Below are positions 18,908-27,588 of a stretch of 64,000 bases of DNA, in pieces. Every line of letters starts with the position of its first letter. The first letter of the stretch is position 1. The notes under the pieces were generated by a model. That model saw only the letters and a program-made list of their open reading frames with translations, did not search any database and had not been told where the DNA came from. Source of the DNA: a virus; the IMG/VR virus record IMGVR_UViG_3300037478_000708, positions 32,001 to 96,000 of that record. One strand, written 5' to 3'. Position numbers and translations under genes: made by a program.

Positions 18908-19387
18908 ATGCCGTTGACCCAATCCGCCGTACGCGCCGTCTACGACTTCGGCGCCCCTAGCGCCGAAGGAATCGTGCTCGGCTTCCGCGTGCGCAACCAG
19001 ATGGGGGGCAAGCTGAACCTCATCGTGGAGAACCCGATCTCGAGTCGGCCGGCGACGCCCGGCTTCGAGAACACGGGGCTCCAACTGCCCTTCACCTACT
19101 CGATCCAAGTCGCCCCGGTCGTCGCCGCGACGGGTCTGCCCGACACGTTCGCCGACACGAGCGCGGCGGCGAACCTCGAGGCGGTCGTGGACGTCGTGGC
19201 GACCCCCGGCTGCCACAACTCGCACACGATCCTCCTGCGGCCGAACGTCGACGCCTTCGTCGCGGTCATCGCCTCCGGCGGCGCCCGCGGTCAGCTCATC
19301 GTCGACAACGACCACATCCTCGACTTGTGGCGGACCACGAACCCGGCCGGCGACGGCGGCGGCACGCCCGACCTCACCCCGGTCTAG
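18908..19387 (+). CDS. Hypothetical beta-rich virion/head decoration candidate
   Basis: GAGGAG RBS, downstream of a promoter and followed by a hairpin. Confidence 0.6.
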   Translation: MPLTQSAVRAVYDFGAPSAEGIVLGFRVRNQMGGKLNLIVENPISSRPATPGFENTGLQLPFTYSIQVAPVVAATGLPDTFADTSAAANLEAVVDVVATPGCHNSHTILLRPNVDAFVAVIASGGARGQLIVDNDHILDLWRTTNPAGDGGGTPDLTPV

Positions 19388-19415
19388 GGCTCCTAGCTGC
19401 CTGACGCTGGTGCTC

Positions 19416-19443
19416 TCCTCCCGGGGCTTCGGCTCCGGGAGGA
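19416..19443 (+). terminator. Hairpin with C(TTCG)G loop
   Basis: TCCTCCCGGGGC-TTCG-GCTCCGGGAGGA. Confidence 0.5.
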
Positions 19444-19510
19444 CCCTCTCGGGAGCGCCGGTACGGATCGGAGGTCGAGAGGGACGCTCACCTGACTTCG
19501 GAGTACGACG

Positions 19511-20032
19511 ATGCCCGCCGCCAATCCGTTCTACGCAGTGCTGCCGCGCCACACGCAGTTTCAGATCGGTCGAGATCTGCTCGCGTCGCAGGCCAACAAC
19601 CCGCTGGTCGGCATCATCAAGCGCGAGGGCGTGCTCGAGCGCGCCGCAGGCGACCCCGCAACGACCGAGCAGGCGCCCGCGCGGATCCCGCTCTTCTGCT
19701 GCGTCGCCAACCACGGAACGGCCGACTTCACGCTGGAGGTCCGCCAGTCCTCGAACAACAACTCCGACGGCGAGGACCCGGACACCGGTGGGACCGGTCC
19801 GCTGACCCCGGACGCCTACGCGGCGGCTCAGGTGCGCGTCGACGGTGCCGACGTCGCGAGCGGCGACATCACGGTCGTTCCCGGCGGGCGCGTCGTGTTC
19901 TTCATCGAGTGGGACGAGGGCTACGACGACTACCTCAAGTTCGACGTGGCGGAGGAAGTCGCCTTCGGCGAGCTGACGGTCTCTCGCTTCAACGGCTCGA
20001 TCACGATCCGTCAGCGCGAAGGGGTCATCTAG
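19511..20032 (+). CDS. Hypothetical beta-rich protein, possible distant paralog of the preceding gene
   Basis: GGAG RBS; DITVVPGGRVVF compared with DVVATPGCHNSH. Confidence 0.6.
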   Translation: MPAANPFYAVLPRHTQFQIGRDLLASQANNPLVGIIKREGVLERAAGDPATTEQAPARIPLFCCVANHGTADFTLEVRQSSNNNSDGEDPDTGGTGPLTPDAYAAAQVRVDGADVASGDITVVPGGRVVFFIEWDEGYDDYLKFDVAEEVAFGELTVSRFNGSITIRQREGVI

Positions 20033-20041
20033 GAGGACGCG

Positions 20042-20248
20042 GTGGAGGGATCAGGTCTCACGCCGGGCATCAAGAACGCGATGGCGCGCGGGGACGTGCA
20101 CTCCTTGTGCAAGTGCGGCTTCCCGCTGCCCAAGTACCCTGGTCGCTACCCGAAGAACTGTCCGCACTGCGGCGAGACGCGCGCGGTCAAAGAGGCCGCC
20201 GATCGAGAGGACGACGACGGGATCGAAGACGAGGACGAGTTCGCGTGA
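20042..20248 (+). CDS. Small Zn-ribbon protein with acidic tail
   Basis: CKCG...CPHCG; AGGAGG RBS. Confidence 0.6.
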   Translation: MEGSGLTPGIKNAMARGDVHSLCKCGFPLPKYPGRYPKNCPHCGETRAVKEAADREDDDGIEDEDEFA

Positions 20249-20667
20249 AGAACCCGCTCGGGTTCCTCGCTCCTCAACGTGGACGCGCGCCGGTGCCGTC
20301 GCAGTTGCCGGGACAGTTCTTCGTGCTGGAGTACGACCGCGAAGCGGGCGCCTTTCGCTTGCATGTAGACGACGCGGATCACAGTACCTACGATCTGCCC
20401 GACGACAGCGCCTCCCTCCAGACGCTCTTCCGAGCCCTTACGACCTCCGCAGGAGTACCTCTACAACCGACGCAGATCGACCGCACGATCGACATCGCTC
20501 GCGAGCTGGGGATGGCCCAGTACATCCCGACGCCCGGCGAGCTTGTCGAAGACCGCGTGCTCTCGATCATTCCCCGCGGCCCGTCGCAACAGGGGCTTCA
20601 GTTCGATGAAGACGAAGACCAAGAAAGCTGGCTCGCGAGCCTCCGGCCTCTCGGAAGCCGCCGCTAA
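20245..20667 (+). CDS. Hypothetical protein
   Basis: GTGA overlap with the previous stop. Confidence 0.55.
   Translation: MKNPLGFLAPQRGRAPVPSQLPGQFFVLEYDREAGAFRLHVDDADHSTYDLPDDSASLQTLFRALTTSAGVPLQPTQIDRTIDIARELGMAQYIPTPGELVEDRVLSIIPRGPSQQGLQFDEDEDQESWLASLRPLGSRR
20366..20394 (+). promoter_or_regulatory. Putative promoter for protease/capsid genes (inside upstream CDS)
   Basis: TAGACG-N17-TACGAT. Confidence 0.5.
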
Positions 20668-22222
20668 GCCCCGACTGCTCTGCGAAGGGTGGCTCGAAGA
20701 GGGCTGCGAAGGCACGGATGGCCTGGTCTTCCGTCCCGAGCGCGCCTACGTCGTTCAGCCGGCCGCCGAGGGCACCGACGCCCGTTCCCGCGTCTGGTTC
20801 GCCTACGGGAGCGATCGGCAGCTCGACGAGAGCTTCGGTCCGATGCAGGTCGTCGAGAACTACGACGAGCTGGATCTGGAGGAGCGCCAGGTCGACGGCA
20901 CGACGGTCAAGCTGCCCCGCGGTGGGCGCTGGATCGTCGAAGGGCCGGCGCAGCGCTCGGACGTCAAGAACGCGAACAAGCGGATCTACGGCCGCACGAT
21001 CTGGGAGAAGCTGATCGCCGACCCCAAGTCCTACGTGCAGGAGTCGATCCGCGAGCGGCAGATGGTCGGGCATCTCGAGCACCCGAAGGACGGCCGCACC
21101 GACCTCAACGAGACCGCGCTCCTCACCACCAAGGCCGTCCTACGCGAAGACGGCGTGGTCTGGAACCAATTCGAGCTGCTCGACACGCCGAAGGGTCTCA
21201 TTCTGCAAGAGCTGACGCGCAAGCGCGTGAAGTGGGGCGTCAGCTCGCGCGGGACCGGCACGGTCGGCGACGACGGTCACGTCAGCGAGACCGACTACGT
21301 GCTCAAGACGTGGGACGCGGTGGCGTCCCCGAGCACGCCCGGCGCGCACCCGGCGCTCGTGACGGGCAAGGGCGTGACCGAGAAGAACGCCACGGAGACC
21401 GTCTCCGTGGACGAGGGGGAACTCGAAGCTCTTCTTACCTCCCTGGACGAGCTGGCCGCGACCGACGTCGACGGCCTCTCCGACCGCGCGCGACTCCGTT
21501 CCCAGATCCTCGACACCCTCGAGTCCCTCGACGAGAACATGCTCCAAGCGGTTCTCCTCAAGGATCAGGGCTGGTCGAAGATCAAGCTCGCCCTCGAGAA
21601 GGCGCGCGAGCCGGAGGGCGGAGCGTTCGACGCGGCTATCGAAGAGGCCCTCGCAAGCGGTGAGGGTCAGGATGGTCTGGGCGAGGGGATGGAGGAAGTC
21701 TTCGATTCCCTTCAGGAGCAGGTGTCCGATCTCGTGACCGAGAACGACGACCTGCGTACGCGACTGGAAGCTGCCGAGTCCGCGCGCGAAGCGCAGGCGG
21801 AACGGCTGGCCGAAGCGGAAGGGGAGCTGACCCAACTCAGGGTCGAGCGTGACCTTGCGCGCGAGCTTCTGGCAGAGACCCCGACGCGCAACGTCGGGGA
21901 TGTGTCCGCTGCGGTGGACGAGGTAATCAGCGAAGCGCCCGAACTGGAGCGATTCCGCGATCTCATGGAAGACGCGCAGTCGCCCGAGCAGGTCCGCAAC
22001 TTCGCCGAACGCCTCGTTCCGATCGTCAAGCCGAAGCCCGCTCCGAAGGAGCCGGTGGAGGAGACGGTCAAGCCGAAGCGGCGCGAGCGGACCGCTCTCC
22101 CGGTGGGGATGGCCTTGGACGAGACCGCGAACGTGAAGCGGTCGAAGCCCAGGACCGCGATCGATGAGTCCTCGGGGGCTCGGATCGTGGCGGCCATGCC
22201 TGCCTTCAAGAAGACCTCGTGA
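20606..22222 (+). CDS. Prohead protease (T4 gp21-like) fused to acidic coiled-coil scaffold (gp22-like)
   Basis: KNANKRIY, GHLEHP, LLDTPKG, GVSSRGTG, WDAVASPSTPGA; C-terminal half is acidic coiled coil; directly upstream of the capsid gene. Confidence 0.9.
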   Translation: MKTKTKKAGSRASGLSEAAAKPRLLCEGWLEEGCEGTDGLVFRPERAYVVQPAAEGTDARSRVWFAYGSDRQLDESFGPMQVVENYDELDLEERQVDGTTVKLPRGGRWIVEGPAQRSDVKNANKRIYGRTIWEKLIADPKSYVQESIRERQMVGHLEHPKDGRTDLNETALLTTKAVLREDGVVWNQFELLDTPKGLILQELTRKRVKWGVSSRGTGTVGDDGHVSETDYVLKTWDAVASPSTPGAHPALVTGKGVTEKNATETVSVDEGELEALLTSLDELAATDVDGLSDRARLRSQILDTLESLDENMLQAVLLKDQGWSKIKLALEKAREPEGGAFDAAIEEALASGEGQDGLGEGMEEVFDSLQEQVSDLVTENDDLRTRLEAAESAREAQAERLAEAEGELTQLRVERDLARELLAETPTRNVGDVSAAVDEVISEAPELERFRDLMEDAQSPEQVRNFAERLVPIVKPKPAPKEPVEETVKPKRRERTALPVGMALDETANVKRSKPRTAIDESSGARIVAAMPAFKKTS

Positions 22223-22274
22223 TCCGAGGGCGCCCGCAAGGGCGGCCCTTCAAACGCAAGTACACACTACGACC

Positions 22275-23774
22275 ATGATTCTCTCCAATCAGGGTATCTA
22301 CGAAGGTATCCTCGAAGCAGGGGCGCGTCTCGCGGAGACGCCGGAGGCCGAGGGCGGCTGGGCGGAATACTTCGCCGAGACCGACGAGGCGGACATGCGC
22401 ATCGAGGATCCGATCCTCCGCGCGCAGACCGCCATCCTGCTCGAGAACGCCAAGCGCGAGATGGCGCAGAGCCTCCCGCGCTCCGTCGTGCAGGGGCGCG
22501 TCCGTCTCGACGAGACCACGCGCTCGGCGCTCGTCGGCGGCTTCTCCGACTACCTGTTCCCCATCATCCGCGCCGGGTTCCCCACGAACCCGGTGAACGA
22601 GCTGGTCTCCGTCCAGCCGACGACGCGGCGCACCGCCACGGTCGTCTACTGGAACTGGATCGTCGGCACCAACAAGGGCACGTTCACGCAGGGGCAGAAG
22701 CTCTTCGACGCGAACACCGGCAAGCAGACCCGGGACATCAACTTCTCGAACGAGGTCATCCAGGGTGAGCCCCTCGTCGCGCTCGGCTCGGCCGGCGCAA
22801 CCGCGAGCGGCACGCTGGCCTTCCACGACGGCGGGGGCATCCGCCCCGGCACCGTGGCGCTCTCGCTCCAGATCACGACCGGCCCGGCCACGGTCGTCTT
22901 CGTCGACAACGGCAACGGCGCGTTCATCGGTACCGGCGTGACCATCTCGGCCTCGTCGATCAACTACCAGACGGGCGCGTGGTCCATCACGCTGAACCTC
23001 GAGACGTTCACGACGTCGGCGGCGAACACCGCGACCTACCGCTACGACAGCGAGGGGTCGACGATGACGCCGCAGGTGGACGTGCAGATCGTCACGAACA
23101 CGGTGCAGACCGAGCGCCGTGCTCTGAAGATCAACTACTCGAAGGAGGCGATGCAGGACGTCATGTCCGAGTTCGGCATCTCCCTCGAGCCGAACCTCGT
23201 CGCCGGTGCGGCCGAGCAGATGAACTACGAGATCGCTCGCCAGATCCTCGCGGAGATCTGGCAGGTCGCTCCCGTGGCTTCGTCGTTCGACCTCAAGGTG
23301 CCGTCGGGCATCTCGCAGCAGGAGCACTTCCGCGACCTGATCTTCAACATCCAGACGGCCTCCAACTCCATCTGGGCCCGCACCCAGAAGGCGTACGGCA
23401 ACTGGATCACGGTCGACCAGGGCTTCGCCACGCTGATCGAGTCGCTGCCCGCGAGCCTCTTCGTGCCGGCTCCGATGCCGCCGAGCGTCCACGGCCTGCA
23501 CTTCATCGGCACGCTCCTCAACCGCTTCCGCGTCTACAAGGATCTGCACCTCGACAAGGAGCCGGGCGCCGCGGAGCTGGGCAACATGCTCATGGGCTAC
23601 AAGGGCCAGAACTTCTTCGAGGCCGGTTTCGTCTGGGCTCCGTACCAGCTCATGTACACGACGAACCCGCTCGAGACCGCCGACTTCCTCACGCAGCGCG
23701 GCCTGGCGTCGCGCTACGCGACGAAGATGGTCAACCCGGACATGTACGCCCGGATCAACCTCATCACGACCTAG
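22275..23774 (+). CDS. Major capsid protein (T4 gp23-like)
   Basis: TAILLEN, IIRAGFP...ELVSVQP, RALKINYSKEAMQD, EIARQIL, MGYKG...AGFVWAPY, RGLASRYA. Confidence 0.95.
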   Translation: MILSNQGIYEGILEAGARLAETPEAEGGWAEYFAETDEADMRIEDPILRAQTAILLENAKREMAQSLPRSVVQGRVRLDETTRSALVGGFSDYLFPIIRAGFPTNPVNELVSVQPTTRRTATVVYWNWIVGTNKGTFTQGQKLFDANTGKQTRDINFSNEVIQGEPLVALGSAGATASGTLAFHDGGGIRPGTVALSLQITTGPATVVFVDNGNGAFIGTGVTISASSINYQTGAWSITLNLETFTTSAANTATYRYDSEGSTMTPQVDVQIVTNTVQTERRALKINYSKEAMQDVMSEFGISLEPNLVAGAAEQMNYEIARQILAEIWQVAPVASSFDLKVPSGISQQEHFRDLIFNIQTASNSIWARTQKAYGNWITVDQGFATLIESLPASLFVPAPMPPSVHGLHFIGTLLNRFRVYKDLHLDKEPGAAELGNMLMGYKGQNFFEAGFVWAPYQLMYTTNPLETADFLTQRGLASRYATKMVNPDMYARINLITT

Positions 23775-23848
23775 GTCGTGATGTGACGCCCCTTCGGGGG
23801 GAGGGGTGTTTCAATGCGGGGCCGTCTTCCTTCGGGAGGGCGGCCCCG
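23762..23848 (+). terminator. Triple inverted-repeat cluster ending the capsid transcript
   Basis: 22-bp perfect palindrome (23762-23783), a second hairpin, then CGGGGCCGTCTTCC-TTCG-GGAGGGCGGCCCCG (23817-23848). Confidence 0.6.
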
Positions 23849-23855
23849 GTCGCGT

Positions 23856-24074
23856 CTAGCAGAGGTCTCGGAACGACGCGTCGCGCAGGGCCGTTACGTA
23901 CTTCGCGGTCGTCTGCCACGATCGCAGGCAGGTCAGGCAACGCACGCGCGAGCGCCGCGTCAGCGCCGTGCGGCCCTCGGGCGTGAAGCCGCGGTTCCGC
24001 TGCACGACGACCCAGCGCCGCTCTCGGACGGGTTTCTTGCGCTCGAAGCACCCGCAGTAGGTTCCACGTTTCAT
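23856..24074 (-). CDS. Small Cys-containing basic protein
   Basis: CGC...WVVVQRN...SRVRCLTCLRSWQTTAKYV; antisense singleton. Confidence 0.55.
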   Translation of the reverse strand: MKRGTYCGCFERKKPVRERRWVVVQRNRGFTPEGRTALTRRSRVRCLTCLRSWQTTAKYVTALRDASFRDLC

Positions 24075-24182
24075 TGCAGCGTCGCTTCAGCCGGATTCTA
24101 CATAGTGCACAACTCAACCGAGCGCGTGCAGGGCGGTCGGGCGAGCCTTGACGGTCTCTCCGCACCGGTCTAGCGTGGTGCG

Positions 24183-24359
24183 ATGAAGATCGAGGTGATC
24201 TTCCGCAACGAGACGTCTTGCGACGAGCATGGCTTCGCGCGTCAAGCCTTGTCGCTCCTCGAGCGCATCGCGACGGCGATCGAATCTTTGGCTCCGCCGA
24301 CGGAGCGCGTTCCCACTACGCTGGCCGTAACGTACGGCCCACCTGAACCCGAGGAGTAA
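24183..24359 (+). CDS. Hypothetical protein (58 aa)
   Basis: MKIEVIFRN...YGPPEPEE*, preceded by TTGACG-N17-TAGCGT. Confidence 0.5.
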   Translation: MKIEVIFRNETSCDEHGFARQALSLLERIATAIESLAPPTERVPTTLAVTYGPPEPEE

Positions 24360-24365
24360 CTACAC

Positions 24366-24716
24366 ATGGCCGAACCCATCACCATGACTTCCGCTCAGCG
24401 TGTCCCGGTCGGACTCACGATCTTGGACGCCGGGGGCGAGAAGTTTCAGACGAAGGCCGACCTGCCCGAGGGCACCGTCATCACGTTCGAGTCCTCGAAC
24501 CCGAACGTCGTCGGCATCGAAGAGTTGCCGAGCGGCCTGAACGCCTGGCTGACGAGCGATGACGTCGGCACGTCGAGCATCACGGTCCGCGCGCTCAAGC
24601 CGGACGGCACCGACATGCCGGGTTCCCCCGACGTGACCGAGGTCACCGTCCAGCACGCGGACCCCGACAGCCTGAACGTGACGTTCGGTGCGCCCGAGGA
24701 CGAGGTGGTCGCTTAG
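24366..24716 (+). CDS. Single Ig-like (Big_2-like) domain protein
   Basis: ITFESSNPNVVGIE...GTSSITVRA; GAGGAG RBS. Confidence 0.65.
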   Translation: MAEPITMTSAQRVPVGLTILDAGGEKFQTKADLPEGTVITFESSNPNVVGIEELPSGLNAWLTSDDVGTSSITVRALKPDGTDMPGSPDVTEVTVQHADPDSLNVTFGAPEDEVVA

Positions 24717-24810
24717 CCCGAAGCTAAGTTCGAGCACGCGTGGCGGGGCGGGCGTTCCGTGCGTCCGCCCCTCGTCTGTTTCAACCACTTTAGGAAAGCG
24801 CGGCCGTCTC

Positions 24811-24963
24811 ATGGGACTGATCCTTCTCATCCTCCTGATCGTCCTCTTGCTCGGCGCCGTCCCTCGTTGGCCTCATAGCCGGCAGTGGGGCTACGCTCCG
24901 AGCGGAGTGCTGACGCTCCTGCTCGTGATCGTCCTGATCCTGTTCCTGCTCGGGTACGTCTGA
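24811..24963 (+). CDS. DUF3309-family small membrane protein
   Basis: MGLILLILLIVLLLGAVPRWPHSRQWGYAPSGVL..., the characteristic PxWxHSxxWGYxPSG between two hydrophobic segments. Confidence 0.85.
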   Translation: MGLILLILLIVLLLGAVPRWPHSRQWGYAPSGVLTLLLVIVLILFLLGYV

Positions 24964-24975
24964 CCTTCGCGCGGA

Positions 24976-25203
24976 TCATCGCAGGTGCGGAGGGAGCCAA
25001 CGAGGGATGCCCTTCCCCTCGAGGCAGGGTGGGCAGTCCATGTGGATCCAGTACAGGTCGGGTTGGTTGAACCACTCGCCGCAGGTGAGACAGCGCCTCG
25101 GTTGCGGGCGCTCCGTGCGCGGCAGCTCAAGTGCGGGCTTGCGCTTCTTCGCGACCTTGCGAGCAGGCTTCTTGTAGGCGCTGCGCTTCTTGGCGGGGCT
25201 CAT
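24976..25203 (-). CDS. Small basic Cys-containing protein
   Basis: MSPAKKRSAYKK...CLTCG...CPPC; start lies 9 nt from palindrome copy 4. Confidence 0.5.
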   Translation of the reverse strand: MSPAKKRSAYKKPARKVAKKRKPALELPRTERPQPRRCLTCGEWFNQPDLYWIHMDCPPCLEGKGIPRWLPPHLR

Positions 25204-25211
25204 GTCGCTGT

Positions 25212-25232
25212 CCAGTGACACGCTGTCACTGG
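25212..25232. repeat. Dispersed palindrome copy 4
   Basis: CCAGTGACA-CGC-TGTCACTGG in a divergent intergenic region. Confidence 0.9.
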
Positions 25233-25276
25233 CGTTCCGAGGCCGAACCCTACCGCGCGAACGCGCGGCGGGCCTG

Positions 25277-25305
25277 TAGACCCCGCGATTTTCCGCACCT
25301 ACACT
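25277..25305 (+). promoter_or_regulatory. Putative promoter (TAGAC class)
   Basis: TAGACC-N17-TACACT. Confidence 0.65.
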
Positions 25306-25354
25306 GCTCGGGAACCGGCGTGGCAACGCACGCCCAATCCCACAGGAGCCTTCA

Positions 25355-26170
25355 ATGCCTTCTTCGACAGTCGCCGAGCGGTACGTCAACCTCGGCAAGA
25401 CGCGCACGGTCATCCAGGGTCCCGATGGGCAGACGATCGTGGTGCTGCCCTTCGACGACGTGTTCCACGAGTTCGCGCACAAGCGCAACGGCACCTACGT
25501 TCTCGAGGGGGAATTCTGGCGGCGCTACGTCTCGACGGCGGGCCCGCTGCATCCCTTTCCCCGTCCCGAGCAATTCGGCCGGACGTCATTTCCGCCTCTT
25601 GTGGCGCGGCACGCGAGCGGCGTGCTCGTGGATGTGGAGACTGGCGCGGCTGTCTCTTCGCCTGATTCGCTGGCTGCTCTCGCAGCTAGTGGAAAGATTC
25701 GTCTTGCTGGGGACGTCCTGACCCCCGAAGGCAAGATCCGCCGCACGCTCCCGAACGGGGAGATCGAGCTGGTCGACGACACCCCGGAGAACCGCACGCG
25801 TCTGTCGGAGGAATCGGGCGTCGTCAACGAGCGCAACCCGCAGATCCGTGACGGGATCACCGCCTGGCTCGAACGGATGCACGTCTCCACCGCTGAGGAG
25901 TTCGCGGCGCTGTCCGACGACGTGCTGCTCAAGATCCCCGGCGTGTCTCACGAGGCCCTGCCGCACATCCGCGCGAACATGACGGAGTACCTGCGCGCGA
26001 AGGAGCGCCTCGCCGCAGTGATTCCCACGCCGCCCGGTGAGACGGCCGCAACGGCGACGCGTTCGATCGACGACCTCTTCGACGACAGCGCGGATGCGGT
26101 CGACGCACCCGTTCCGAAGAAGAAGAAGGCCGCGAAGAAGAAGGCCACCAAGCGGAAAGCCGCGGACTGA
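25355..26170 (+). CDS. Hypothetical protein with HhH-like segment and Lys/Ala-rich tail
   Basis: LSDDVLLKIPGVS; KKKKAAKKKATKRKAAD; AGGAG RBS. Confidence 0.6.
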   Translation: MPSSTVAERYVNLGKTRTVIQGPDGQTIVVLPFDDVFHEFAHKRNGTYVLEGEFWRRYVSTAGPLHPFPRPEQFGRTSFPPLVARHASGVLVDVETGAAVSSPDSLAALAASGKIRLAGDVLTPEGKIRRTLPNGEIELVDDTPENRTRLSEESGVVNERNPQIRDGITAWLERMHVSTAEEFAALSDDVLLKIPGVSHEALPHIRANMTEYLRAKERLAAVIPTPPGETAATATRSIDDLFDDSADAVDAPVPKKKKAAKKKATKRKAAD

Positions 26171-26186
26171 TCGGGAGTAGATCGCG

Positions 26187-26966
26187 ATGCCGAACACGTC
26201 ACTGACGCTGGAGAAGATCGGGAAGCGCATTCAGACGCGCCTGGGATCGTCGAGTGTCCTCGTCGAGATGGAGGACGACGACACGAAGGAGTGCGTCGAG
26301 CAGACCTTGGAGGTCTACAACCAGATGCGTCCCGGCAAGCGCCGCGCCGGCATCGCGGTCACCGTGCAGCAGAAGCGTTACGTGCTCGTGCAGTCCGACG
26401 GCACGACGCCCTTCCCAGGCATCGCGGGTGTCGTCGACGTGCAGTTCATCACGCGGCGCACCCAGCCCGCGCAGGTCGACCCCTTCGATCCGTTCGACAC
26501 GGCGCTCGCCGGCACCACCCTGGGCTCGGGTGCCGGCGAGACCTACGGAGAGATCGCGCAGCGTCTCATCTACTCCGAAGACGCCGCGCGAGTCGTGGAC
26601 GGTGAGCCCGACTGGGAGTGCATGTGGGAGGGCCCGGAGCTTGTGCTCTACCTCGACATCCCGCGCTCGCACATGCAGGCGGCGATGGAGTACAGCGTCT
26701 ACTACTCGCCCGACAATGCGAACGACACGGGCATGCAGCTCATCCCGCAGGGCGACGTGGACTGGTTCATGCGCCACGCGACGGCCGTGGCCAAGACGAT
26801 CGTCGGCCGCATCCGCATGAAGCACGGCGGCACCGTCAACCCCGACGGAGGCGTCGACGAGATCGACGGTCAGGGTCTCCTTCAGGAGGGTGCCGAAGAG
26901 ATGAACACGCTGCGCGAGGAACTGGAGCGTCGCCGCGTGCCGCTGGCTCCGACTTCGCCCGAGTAG
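26187..26966 (+). CDS. Neck / head-tail adaptor (gp13-like)
   Basis: IQTRLGSSSVLVEM; ATAVAKTIVGRIRMKH...IDGQGLLQEG; position after the head genes. Confidence 0.8.
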   Translation: MPNTSLTLEKIGKRIQTRLGSSSVLVEMEDDDTKECVEQTLEVYNQMRPGKRRAGIAVTVQQKRYVLVQSDGTTPFPGIAGVVDVQFITRRTQPAQVDPFDPFDTALAGTTLGSGAGETYGEIAQRLIYSEDAARVVDGEPDWECMWEGPELVLYLDIPRSHMQAAMEYSVYYSPDNANDTGMQLIPQGDVDWFMRHATAVAKTIVGRIRMKHGGTVNPDGGVDEIDGQGLLQEGAEEMNTLREELERRRVPLAPTSPE

Positions 26967-26971
26967 CCCTC

Positions 26972-27583
26972 ATGGTCAAGCGCAAGCCCCGCAAGCCGCA
27001 GATCCCGAACGCCCGTGCGATCTTCGCGCGCGCGAAGCGGGTCGCGGAAGACGTCCTAGTCGAGGGGCTGGAGGACTGGGGCGACGAGATCCGCGACGAG
27101 TTCGTCGAGCGCATCGAAGAGCAGTCCTTCGCCAGCTTTCAGGAGATTCTCTATCCGGAGAGCGGGACCAACCTGTCGCCGTCCTGGCTCGATCGGAAAG
27201 AAGCCGCGGGGGCGGACCTGCGCACGATGATCGCGACGGGGCACTACATCGACTCGATTCGCGTCTTCAAGCGACACGACCGCAAGGAAAAGAAGTGGGT
27301 CATTCGCATCGGTTTCCACCACTCCGCGAAGCCGCGCGATCTCGAGGGGAGGACGGTGGACATCGAGATCCCCGGCACCGGCATCAAGGGGCTGACGGCG
27401 CTCGCGATCGTGCATGAGCTGGGCTCCATCAAGGCCAACGTGCCCGCACGGCCGCACTGGGGTCCGCATCGCGCGCTCGTGCGCAAGGATGCGCGCAAGA
27501 AGCGTCGGGAGCTGCGTCGGGAGATCTCCGAGGCGCTGCGCGGGGACGCCAAGCTGAAGGAGCTGGCCGTCGGCCGGAGATAG
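26972..27583 (+). CDS. Tail completion / virion morphogenesis protein
   Basis: LSPSWLDRK...MIATGHYIDSI...AIVHELGS...VPARPHW pattern. Confidence 0.65.
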   Translation: MVKRKPRKPQIPNARAIFARAKRVAEDVLVEGLEDWGDEIRDEFVERIEEQSFASFQEILYPESGTNLSPSWLDRKEAAGADLRTMIATGHYIDSIRVFKRHDRKEKKWVIRIGFHHSAKPRDLEGRTVDIEIPGTGIKGLTALAIVHELGSIKANVPARPHWGPHRALVRKDARKKRRELRREISEALRGDAKLKELAVGRR

Positions 27584-27588
27584 GTCTC

